Shown: positions 38,001-49,100 of the stretch, piece by piece
Layout of the letters: each line of letters opens with the position of its first letter
Numbering within the stretch: the stretch's first letter is position 1
Origin: Ostrea edulis
Lineage: Eukaryota
Reading direction: 5' to 3'
Assembly: GCF_947568905.1 (NCBI RefSeq)
Contig: NC_079164.1
Location: 3,596,001 to 3,660,000, forward strand
Length of the DNA: 64,000 bases
Program-made: the position numbers and the translations under genes
The notes under the pieces: model-generated
What the model saw: only the letters and a program-made list of their open reading frames with translations
Databases searched by the model: none
Told to the model about the DNA's origin: nothing

Positions 38001-41000
38001 ACACTGATGCTGTACATTAGTAAGTTAGTACTTAACACTCTAACACTGATGCTGCACATTAATAAGTTAGTACTTAACACTCTAACACTGATGCTGTACA
38101 TTAGTAAGTTAGTACTTTGCACTCTAACAGTGATGCTGTACATTAATAAGTTAGTACTTAACACTCTAACACTGATGCTGTACATTAATAAGTTAGTACT
38201 TACCACTCTAACACTGATGTTGTACATTAATAAGTTAGTACTTATCACTCTAACACTGATGCTGTACATTAATAAGTTAGTACTTACCACTCTAACACTG
38301 ATGCTGTACATTAATAAGTTAGTACTTATCACTCTAACACTGATGCTGTACATTAATAAGTTAGTACTTATCACTCTAACACTGATGCTGTACATTAATA
38401 AGTTAGTACTTATCACTCTAACAGTGATGCTGTACATTATTAGTAAGTTAGTACTTAACACTCTAACACTGATGATGTGCATTAATAAGTTAGTAATTAT
38501 CACTCTAACACTGATGCTGTACATTAATAAGTTAGTACTTATCACTCTAACACTGATGCTGTACATTAATAAGTTAGTACTTACCACTCTAACACTGATG
38601 TTGTACATTAATAAGTTAGTACTTATCACTCTAACACTGATGCTGTACATTAATAAGTTAGTACTTAACACTCTAACAGTGATGCTGTACATTATTAGTA
38701 AGTTAGTACTTAACACTCTAACACTGACGTTGTACATTAATAAGTTAGTACTTAACACTCTAACACTGATGCTGTACATTAGTAAGTTAGTACTTATCTA
38801 ACACTGATGCTGTACATTAGTAAGTTAGTACTTAACACTCTAACACTGATGTTGTACATTAATAAGTTAGTACTTATCACTCTAACACTGATGCTGTGCA
38901 TTAATAAGTTAGTACTTAACACTCTAACACTGATGCTGTACATTAATAAGTTAGTACTTACTACTCTAACACTGATGTTGTACATTAATAAGTTAGTACT
39001 TAACACTCTAACACTGATGTTGTACATTAATAAGTTAGTACTTAACACTCTAATACTGATGCTGTACATTAGTAAGTTAGTACTTAACACTCTAACACTG
39101 ATGCTGTACATTAGTAAGTTAGTACTTACCACTCTTCCACACTCTGTATGTATCACTGGGACACATTCTGGAGACTAAAGGAACTGTAAAGGAAAACACG
39201 ACTCTGTTATTATAGTATAAATTCCTATACAGGTATCTTTCCCTCTTCACTATCAGTATCTCTAGAGAAATTCTCAATTTCTAATACATGTAGATCACAA
39301 GGCCAAAGGTGTGTGAGTAGCACATCATAAACACTTTTAAAATAGCAAAGAATTGAATGATGAACAATGAATTGCTGACAGATAAATACAGGATGATTTA
39401 TGCTAAGAAACATTTTGGTTACATACCCCAACTCGTAAACTCCCACTTCATCTCCACGTAGAAATCTGGTGACTGTAAAACATAATTAGTTTAAAAATCA
39501 TAAAACAGAATCAGAGCAGTTTAAAAACCAGTTCTCTATCAATTATAAAACATAATTAGTGCAGTTTAAAAGTTTGTTTCCTATTAATCATGTTATAAGA
39601 TATAGTGACTGTAAAACATAATTAGTGCAGTTTAAAAATTTGTTCTCTATTAACCATGAAACATAATTAGTGCAGTTTAAAAATTTGCTCTCTATTAACC
39701 ATGAAACACAATTAGTGCAGTTTAAAAATTTGTTCTCAATTAATAGAATATATGTCATAGACCAGTAACATTACAAAAGACTTAATTTTTTGCTATCAAC
39801 TATCATGTAATTAAAATAAATTTTTATTCAGTATATACGTTTACACATACAAATATACCATATTATGTGTATACCAAGGATAACCCATGAAAGCTTGAAA
39901 ACTTATTCAAAATGGGTCCTTTGATGCACAGATGTTTGCACTGGGGGGGGGGGGGTCATTATGTGGGAGGAAACTGGAAAACCCAGAGGAAACCCACGTG
40001 TCTGAGTGGGCGACAACCATACCCTTTCACATACAACCACTGTCGATCATGGGGATCGAACTCAGGTTGCAGTGGCGAGAAACAAGAGCACTACCCGCAC
40101 ACCCATGCAATGTCCGGGTACATGTCCATGCACTGTACATTATAGAGGAATTTGTTTTACAGGATCATTTAGACGTTGAATACACATTTGTAACATCAAA
40201 ATCCTTACTGATTATCATCATACAATGGTACTACCTCTTTGAGTTTTTTCAATAGATCCGGCACTCCCACGGTACGTTTACTATATCTCTGGTAATCACG
40301 GTTCTCTAGCACTAACTGTACAAGCTCTGGATCACCCGTGCAGACAGCCTCGTGCAACACTGAAGAAATGTTTCATAACAAAATAAATTAAAAAAAAAAA
40401 AACATGAGACAACTGGAATACAGTTAATAAAAGATATTGAAACAATTGAAAAGTATTTCAGATTCCATTTTGCTGGCTTTACATGTGCATGGATTCACTA
40501 GGCTAGTGGAATCATTTGTTTAATCCACAGACTTTATCAATCAATTAAATTATACATGCATCACACAATAATGATACAAGCATTTAACACTAGTTACCTG
40601 ACCAATATCCTTTGTTTTCTGCCAGGGTATTTGCTCCATGTCTTAACAAAGTTCTAGCGCTTTCAAGGTGACCTAAGACCACTGCCAAATGTAACGGAGT
40701 TCTTCCATGAGGGTCCTTCACTTCAATATCATGCTATCAAATACAGATATTATACATGTCTACAGTCCTGTAAATTACAAACGACTTAGATACACAACCA
40801 TTCCCTAATAATAAATGCGACTACAACTATTTCTCTAATTAAACCATGTTTTGAAAATAAATGTCCAATTTTCACATGAATCATATTAAAATCACAGGCA
40901 AGGGCTTCCAACTAATGGCTCAGACTGGAAATCATTAACTTGAAATTTTAGAATGGTGATGAAAAGAAACTTCACAAGGGTTACAACTCTTGCAGTGGGT

Positions 41001-42559
41001 GTGGAGAGAAAGGTCTGTAACCTTCGTAACTTTTTTTAACCCTGACTTTGTAAGCCAGGCAACAAAATTAAGGGGAAATACTCGCTAAATGCAAGTTCAA
41101 AATTGAAATAACGAGTGAAAAATCACAAGTGATTGCAACTTTTTGCATGTGAACACAACACCCCCCTCCCCGATTTTTTCCGGATTTCCTTGGTGTATTG
41201 GCTGTACTTTGAAGTTTACAATAATTTTGTCTTGTGCATAGAAACACTTTACAGAATGAATATACAAGTATTGAAAAAGTAAAATAACTAAGGTCAAGGT
41301 CATCTCAGTCTGTGATGTGGAAGATGGTTTACTTCTGCACAATTTGGGCGTCTCAGAGACGTCTGATTTAAATAGCAAGCATGTTGATCTCGTCCATGTT
41401 TACATGAAACAACACATGAAAGTGTTAGTGTCACCGCTTCACGCGGGGTCCTTCTGTAGTCTATAGTCAAACACTTAGAGTTCGCGGGGTTTTTTCAACT
41501 AGAATTTTTTAGATGAAATTTCCAAAAGTTTTGAACATATAGTTTGAATTGGCGCAAACAGTCTTCAAGATTTCAAACCACATGATGTTGTAAATAGGTG
41601 GCAGATCTCTGGACAGTGAATTCGCCGTACAAGTGTACCCTACAACCCTCATCATGCACCAATGATACATGTATGTTGTCTGATAATTCATTAAATTTTA
41701 AATGAAAGAATTCTCAATATTATTTTTATTATTGCACTTTAAAGATTTTCCCTATATTTTAAGATGGAGACATGCTTGTTTTCTTAAATTCCTGTAAAAC
41801 AGCAATTGATTGAAAAATGCTAGTAAAAGCTCAATTTTGCTAGTTGGAAAATAATCCACTAGCTAAAATTTGCTAGTAGTGAAAAAAAGTTAATTTCAAT
41901 CCCTGAGAAGCCAGTGTTGAGAGAAAGGCCTGTAACCATGACTTGAGAAAAAGTCATTAGTGAAGTATAAGAGTTTGTAACCTTTGTAACTCTAGTAACC
42001 CTTCCTCCAAATAAAGGTGGTGGATATTTATGGATAACAGTACTACCACTTTCTATAAGACATATATTTCATATGCTAAAGAAGACAAAAAGATTTCCCC
42101 TATTGTAACCTGGTTACAAAAACTGCCACTTCGGGAAACTACTCCGATTTCCTGACATACACCAAAGAAATCCAGTATGTACAATCTTCGTTTTGATGTC
42201 AAGAGATACATTATATAAACAGAAAAGAGGTAAAGCCATAAACTTATTCTGCATCCAGTTTTCTGTAATTTGCTGCGCTTCCTCCAATGTTTGCATTATT
42301 AACATATTAAATTAATATGATTCACCTTTTGCACATTCTCTTTATAATTGCTTCGTGAAGTTTAAGATGTTTGATAATTATGTTAATCCACTTAAAAGCA
42401 TGTACTAGTAAAACGAAACAAACCGTGAGAAATTCTTTAAATACTTAAGATATTTACATCAGATTTGTTGTTGGATAATTCTCGCTCTATACTCTGGGAA
42501 TCATTATCCCAAACCAACCAGTGGATTGGAAACTCCTCCGCAAGTGATTTACCAGACAT
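26064..42559 (-). CDS. ANKRD13: Ankyrin repeat domain-containing protein 13 (A/B/D type with C-terminal UIMs), 14 exons
   Basis: Exons (minus) 42559-42458, 40733-40598, 40359-40235, 39472-39427, 39183-39130, 36725-36636, 35570-35387, 32401-32335, 31862-31701, 31239-30960, 30399-30238, 27558-27458, 26755-26661 and 26271-26064; all phases join. Motifs: [90 protein letters not shown], and UIMs [32 protein letters not shown] and [10 protein letters not shown]. Confidence 0.96.
27085..27415. repeat. 57-bp tandem repeat in ANKRD13 intron 12
   Basis: CAGATTTACTGCACAATGAGCTCGAGCTCCCGGCACATCC... about 6 copies. Confidence 0.92.
27655..30192. repeat. ~2.5-kb minisatellite (33-47 bp units) filling ANKRD13 intron 11
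   Basis: AAACACTCCCAAACTCTCACAATGTTGTATTGATATCTCTCTCACAC units. Confidence 0.97.
30470..30700. repeat. 26-bp tandem repeat
   Basis: TGCAGAAATATGTAAAATGCAATTAT units. Confidence 0.92.
31875..32060. repeat. 37-bp tandem repeat abutting the ANKRD13 exon-9 acceptor
   Basis: TTGTTTCTGCTTTGTGCATCATGGCTATACTGTATAT, about 5 copies. Confidence 0.92.
32405..32872. repeat. 46-bp tandem repeat abutting the ANKRD13 exon-8 acceptor
   Basis: AACAAGATAAATATTCTCAGATACCGGTACAAGAATATAACTGGAT, about 10 copies. Confidence 0.94.
33045..35390. repeat. ~2.3-kb 45/49-bp minisatellite starting at the ANKRD13 exon-7 donor
   Basis: ACCTTTACATTAGTCTATCCAATACGTACAGCAGACACAATTTCT units; on the minus strand each carries AAAG|GTAGA. 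Confidence 0.97.
35793..36130. mobile_element. Double-hairpin non-autonomous element
   Basis: Inverted pair TTATAATTCCAAT (35793-35805 / 35966-35978), followed by a long imperfect palindrome at 35984-36130. Confidence 0.6.
36240..36647. repeat. 42-bp tandem array copying the ANKRD13 exon-6 end and donor
   Basis: Minus-strand unit contains CAAAGGCACTG|GTAAATA, identical to the true exon end; about 9 copies. Confidence 0.95.
36807..37139. mobile_element. TA-flanked Tc1/pogo-like MITE with tandemly amplified left end
   Basis: TA-CAGTAAAACACAGTTATAGTGAAC ... GTTCACTATAAGCGTGTTTAACGG-TA; the left ~68-bp unit occurs three times. Confidence 0.75.
37258..37440. repeat. 36-bp tandem repeat
   Basis: AACTTGGGTAGCAGTGGTGAAGAGCCTGTGAAATCT units. 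Confidence 0.9.
37612..39129. repeat. 1.5-kb 42-bp minisatellite starting at the ANKRD13 exon-5 donor
   Basis: AACACTGATGCTGTACATTAATAAGTTAGTACTTAACACTCT units; explains the [14 protein letters not shown] ORFs. Confidence 0.97.
39945..40105 (-). mobile_element. SINE fragment (Meta-domain-like core)
   Basis: Plus strand GTGGGAGGAAACTGGAAAACCCAGAGGAAACCCAC...GGGATCGAACTC is the reverse complement of a B-box plus GTGGGTTTCCTC.GGGT...CCAGTTTCCTCCCAC core. Confidence 0.55.
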
Positions 42560-43131
42560 TGCTTGTACTAGCGATCAAATTCTAGCATTATCACAGCTGG
42601 ATATGTCATTTAAGTGAGTCAATTTTTCTATTTAAAGAATTTCATTTCGGAAGAGAAAGTCTGGCCGTTGCTTCCGTGTAGACGACGTTTTATGGTTGTG
42701 GTAAAATTAAAAAGATGAATCAGTATTATTAAAGATATTTAAATCCCAATTCTGTGTAATCAATGTCTTTTTATCAATAAAGTCTTTTTTTTAAAATACC
42801 TTAAATGTGATACTTTTCTATGTTTTCACAAGTTTTATATTTTACGACAACAAAATACGAAACTAATGCCGTAGCGTTTTATTTCAATCAAACACATGTA
42901 CTTGGTTAAATGTTCTCATTGGAAAAATCATAATAAGAAAATTAAAATTCATCTGCATTGTTACTTTTTAAAACAAAGGTGATTTACAAAAAGATGGAAA
43001 AGTTCGAAACCGTCATTGAAACATAATACCCTACTTCATATTTCTTCTGTGTTGTGGAAAATATTGGGAGGGTACCTTTTAACGTTTTTATGCAGAATCA
43101 GAGACTTTAGATGGTGCCTTTGTAGGTCCTC
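42560..43131. promoter_or_regulatory. Bidirectional promoter/5'UTR region between ANKRD13 and GIT
   Basis: Divergent ATGs at 42559 (-) and 43132 (+), 572 bp apart. Confidence 0.7.
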
Positions 43132-46100
43132 ATGTCCAGGACAAAAGTAAGGGCGGCGTCTGAGGTGTGCGCCGACTGTACGGCCCCAGGTAAGTGCGAG
43201 ATGGGGAGACTGGGGGTTAATCTTACACATCCGCGTATGAATCATTTCAGCCTTTGCTTTATCAACACCAAAACTTTAATAAACAGCAGTTGGCCGCTTT
43301 ATCTTTGTCGCAGTAGTCACTATATGTGAGGTGCTTAAAATGATTTTTACGTGAACATTATGTTGTTTCATGCTTTAGTAATAAAGTATTCACTTACTAG
43401 ATACCTCGAAACAAAGGCTAGTGGCAGTAATGGATCTTTGTGTGTATACTTCTGTCTGTGCTTTCTTTTCTCCCTGTATTTTGAAGTACATTAAACCTCG
43501 AAATGATATGTGAAATTTTTTGTCAATAGTTGTAATATACCATGCTGTCTTCAGAATACATTTTTACACATCTTGACAATAATTAGTTCTGATAGTCATC
43601 AGTTAGTGTTCTTGGGTTATATGGAGTAGGTTGAAGTTACTGTTACCTTTTTTTTCACTCACCGTCGCACTGCGTATGTTCCAAGACCTCCAAGAAATTT
43701 TCGGGATGGGGGATCCTCCCCAGGCAATGTTTTCCAGAGGGGTCCACAATAGGGGTGCACTGATATATCAAGACCTCAAGATATATATCGATATTGAAGT
43801 CCTTACTGAGTATTGATACATACCCTTCAATGCACCTACCGATATATTTCTTTATATTTATATTGCAAATCACATTTTCCTCTATGAACCAACCAATTTC
43901 GGCGCGCGACACAATCCGTTCTCATTGACTATGAACGGATTATGAACTTGCTTAAAGCACGCAACTGAGAGAGCGTAATGGTTTGGGGGAAAAAAATAGA
44001 ACATCTGTTACAAAGATCTCGCAAGTCACACCTTTGGATTAAGATTGTAAACTTACGTGGATTATCATCCCAATCTTGCGGTCTCCTACCTCCAAAACAC
44101 AGTGCACCTTGCAATGTTGATAAAAGGCAGAGTGAGACGAAATGTGACGTCATGTCTATGTGTTGACGTACCTCACAATAACTACTATGACAGAGGCTAG
44201 GAGTTCGTTTTATGCAACAAAATAGAAACAGTGTAAACAAACGGTGTTTTAGTAAATAAATATAAGAAATGAAAACTTTTGAGCTGTTCATGGTCAATAT
44301 GAACAGATTTGGATTTGAGGCAAATTTTCTGTGAATCGCTACTGACCATGAACAGCTCAAAATTGCTGTTCATTTCTTAAGTGTATTTGTGTTAACTTTC
44401 AATACCTTTGATCCAGATCGACCTTGCTGATATTTACCTCAAATCCAAATCCGTTCATACTGACCATGAACAGCTCAAAATTGCTGTTCATTTCTTAAGT
44501 GTATTTGTGTTAACTTTCAATACCTTTGATCCAGATCGACCTTGCTGATATTTTATATGCAAAATGTCATCGAAAAAATCGAAATGCTGGAACTATTTCA
44601 GCAGTGAAAAAAAAAACCCTTATAAAAACAACTAAGCAAATTGCAGTCTGTGTTCAGCAGTAGTCACCACATCGGGAGGGACAACTGATTTGGTATTTCA
44701 TTTGCGCTGGCATCACAAAATTGCTGTATCCAGGAGTCCGTGTTTGTCCAACTCTCTCTATTTTGTATTCCTTATAGGAGTTATGAGATTGATCACTGTT
44801 CGTTATTTTCTCATTTCATAAACGTAGCGAGACAACTTGTACCTTTGGAGAGGTTGACTATGTATATGCATGTGATTTTCTTACCTTCGTAACGGCGTCA
44901 GTTCGTAATGAGATGATCAATCAGATTTAGTGACTTATTGGGGAAAAAAAGTTGCTACTCTGTACGAAGTTCTGAATTTGATTGAAGTTCAGTGAATGAT
45001 TATAATTCGTTCTCTCTCTTTTACTTTGTCCCTGGAAGAAGAACTAAGGAAAAGTTGTTTTGTGTTTTTATTTTTTCTTGTCGTCTGTTTTTGTTTGATT
45101 TACATTGAGAAATAATAAAACCCAATATATTGTGTATAATCGTTAAATCTGATATCGTATCGTATCAAATTTTTCTGACCAATACTCAGCCCTAGTCGTC
45201 ATTTAGTATCTTACAAGTGACACTGGTGAAAAATAGGCAAAAATAATAATGTACTTTATCAATTTTGAGAGTGGGGTGGGGACCGTTCTTCCTTTTGGAT
45301 TCGCATTTATCTTTTGTACAAGGTCATATTAATTAAGGAGGGGTTAGAGACCTCTATGAAATTTAATTCATTGTTTTGGTCCCTTTTTTTTTTAAAGTAT
45401 ATGTTGCACAAACCAACCCCCTAAAAATATGCTAATTAAAAAAAAAACTTACCTTAGTACCTACCTTGATTTTTTTGCCTTGGTATTAATAGGAAACAAA
45501 TATATGTATACATATATATATTGGCCTGATCTTGAGATTTATATCAATTAATCAGGGCATGATTTATTCCTATGAATTATTGAAATAGTTCAAAATATAA
45601 GTTCTGCCTTAATGCATACAAAAGACAAAAATGACTTCTGCATTTCAACTTCAAGGGATGAAGATCAACCCGTTTTGCCAGTGACAACTATATTTTAAAG
45701 ATCCTACACGACAACATGTGCAGATGATTTACCGTTGATATTTTGTATATGCAATAAGAATGTAATAATGAAATTAGGGTAACATTCATTCATGAGAAAT
45801 GTGTGTTAAAAAGTATACATGTTATTTCAAATGGTTCTGCTAAGTACCCCAGTAATATACATGCATTGATATATGACATTATGATATATACATATAATGA
45901 ATGATTACTTGATGATCATGTAGTTTTGCATCAGTTGTGATGGTGGGGTGGTGATGGTGGGGTCAGTGGTGGACACATTTTAGTGATGGTGGGGTCAGGG
46001 GTGGACACACTTTAGTGATGGTGGGGTCAGGGGTGGACACACTTTGGTGATGGTGGGGTGGGGGTGGACACACTTTGGTGATAGTAGGGTCAGGGGTGGA

Positions 46101-49100
46101 CACACTTTAGTGATGGTGGGGTCAGGGGTGGACACACTTTGGTGATGGTGGGGTGGGGGTGGACACACTTTGGTGATGGTGGGGTCAAGGGTGGACACAC
46201 TTTGGTGATGGTGGGGTGGGGGTGGACACACTTTGCTCTAAACTGTTTGGGTAATCTTCTCCAACAATTAATAATGCCCAGTAACAATATAACTGCATGA
46301 CATTGTATAAATCTATGCATTTAGAATTGTTTAAAGCTCAATATCATTATATCATGTGCCATATATACACACGTAGGCTGCAATCAATGGGTGGGGATAT
46401 TATTGACTCAAGTTAGGCTGCAATCAATGGGCAGGATATTATTGAGTTGAGTTAGGCTGTAATCAATGGTAAAGGATATTATTGAGTTGAGCTTAGTGAG
46501 GCTGCAATCAATGGTAGAAGATATTATTGAGTCTAACCAGGCTGCAATCAATGGGTGAGATATTGTTGAATCTAGCTAAACTGCAATCAATGGGTGGGAA
46601 TATTATGGAGTCAAGCTAGGCTGCAGTCAATGGTAGGGGATATTATTGAGTCTAACCAGACTGCAATCAATGGGTGGGGATATTTTTTCACTGAGGAACT
46701 TTTGTGTGTAATACTCTGATGATTCTTTAGGCAGGGTTATTGTACTATTATCAAGTGTTTCAAATGCATTGAAAGTGCTTTTTAAAAAGCTCTCTGACTA
46801 GCTTCAAGATGGTGGATGATCACTTTTGATTAATCATTAATTTTTGAATTTCTAACCTCTCCTTACCCATATGTGTTAATCTGACATGAGAGCTTGCAGA
46901 ATGCAATCAGAGATTAAGAGGTGGGGTTTATTACCAACACAGGGTTTTTGCAATGTTTAGAAGGTCCCCATATTGGAAACATCGTGGTGGAGAGAAGAAA
47001 TTGATGCAGATACCGTACTGAAATTTCTTCCTCGTTCAAGGACCACAATATAAACCTTCATGAGAGTAGTCATATCTTCAACTGAATGTAAATGACTCAC
47101 TGACAGTGTTAAGCTAATTCTAGTGCATGTCATAAAGTAATGCTATTCAATATCCAGCTGCACTAAAAGTCATGATTATTATCAAAAGGCATCAGGCCAG
47201 AGTTTGAATAGTGTGTGATATGCTGGTTGCCCGTTTTACTTTAAAACCTGAGTGAGTAATAAATTGATATGTGAAAATAATACTTTAATTTGATATTTAT
47301 TCTTCACACCTATGTGAACAGTTGTATTTACATGGAGAAGTGGTATACACTGTTATGAATCATGAAGTCTATATAATAACATAATTAGTCTATACTAGTA
47401 TGTGATACATAATGAATTTCCTCAGCACTGATGACTGTAGAATGAAAAATTTGACATTCGGTGTATTGATCTGTAGAGAATAGCCCAGAAATAGAACACA
47501 ACTTTCACTCGGGAGTCTGCAGTGCAAATCGAATTGCAGAAACCATATGACAAATTAAGAATAACCTTGAATAATCGAGTATGTGTGAAATGAACTCACT
47601 CAGAATGACCTTGAATCATTGAGTATGTGTGAAATGAGCTTGCTCAGAATGACCTTGTAGCATTGAGTGTGTGTGAAATGAGCTCGCTCAGAATGACCTT
47701 GTATCATTGAGTATGTGTGAAATGACCTCACTCAGAATGACCTTGTATCAATGAGTGTGTGTGAAATGAGCTCGCTCAGAATGACCTTGAATCATTGAGT
47801 ATGTGTGAAATGAACTCGCTCTGACTGTGAGTGTTTTTATGTATTAATGATATAGTGGATTAATTACTCATTTAATTAGATAAGAACTGATTTCCTGTAC
47901 ACACACAGTCTATGTAATCGGGTGTAACAATGTGGAATTTATATTTTATGACTATAACAGTAGTATGTATTTGATATAGGCCTTCAGTCATGTTCCTATC
48001 ACGTTTATTTATTCTACTTCAACATTGATGGATGGGGAGGGGTGTGTGTATGTATGGGCCATTATTGTAAGATTTTGTTGCATTGTTCGATTACATTTCA
48101 TTCCTTAGACTTAAAAGTTCCGATTCATTGACATCCCCAATGTTTCATTATTGTCATCATTACACAAGTGCTCCAGCTAAACAGTAAATTGTTGTACTTT
48201 TAGAAAAAGCATTTTAACCTCTTGAGAAGCAATCATACATTTCCTCTGCTGTACAAATCAACTGTTAGAAGTCTTAAGTATAAAGCATGTGGTTTCTGAT
48301 TTATGATATTTATATCAAGAGGGTCATTTCATTTGTAAATAATGCCTGTTGTTTCCATGCTACATCAGGGACCCTCTAAGTATGTAGGATATCACATGTG
48401 CATTATATATGTTTTAAAACTTACGGTTGAAGAACAAAACAAAATTTATGTGTTTATGAAGCTGTGTATAGCCATGCTAATGTAGCGATGACTCAGATGA
48501 TATCAAAAGCTGTGTTTATTGTGCATTTATTTATAACATATGTATAAGTTATAAAATGTAATAAAGCAAAATATAATTATAACTGTTAATGTTGATAATT
48601 GTTAATGTACAGTGTGTATATTGAAACACACAGAGAGGTGATATTTATATACTTATAAATCAATCATCTCATCAATCATCTTAAAAAATCTAATTTTCGT
48701 AAACACGTGCTTATATATATATATATATCATACAATATAACTTGGTAGTAAAACACAGTAGTGTAAATTAGTAGTAGAGGTATGATTCTGAAGTTAAGAG
48801 ACAGGTTAATTTGTAGCCAGGCTTTCACTATTTACTGGATGGAAATGATTGAATCATGTCATGCATGCTCATTAATGCCTTCAGCAGGTATTGTCAGAAC
48901 TCTTTGCCTATTAGCCTTTCAGCATCTGGTAGCAGTCTTACTCCTAGTAACAAGTTGTTGGTGAGATGTAGTTTTAATCTTCTCCCCTTTGCCTTTGTGC
49001 TTGGTTTGGCTGATATTTTTTTGTGAATTGGGAGGCCTCCGAGGGGGAGATGTTATCGGGACCCTTATCTACATCAGTGTGTTTGACAGGGTGCCTACTG

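Noticed and set aside
36186-39178. Long repetitive ORFs ([42 protein letters not shown])
   Set aside because: They are open only because the 42-bp units are multiples of three; they occur on both strands and sit inside ANKRD13 introns.
43655-44360. ORFs of 62-143 aa in GIT intron 1
   Set aside because: No domain signature; they overlap repeat-like sequence.
46372-46685. Repeat-spacer appearance resembling a CRISPR array (also 50085-50400 and 50595-51380)
   Set aside because: The apparent spacers are homologous to each other, the context is spliceosomal introns, and there are no cas genes.
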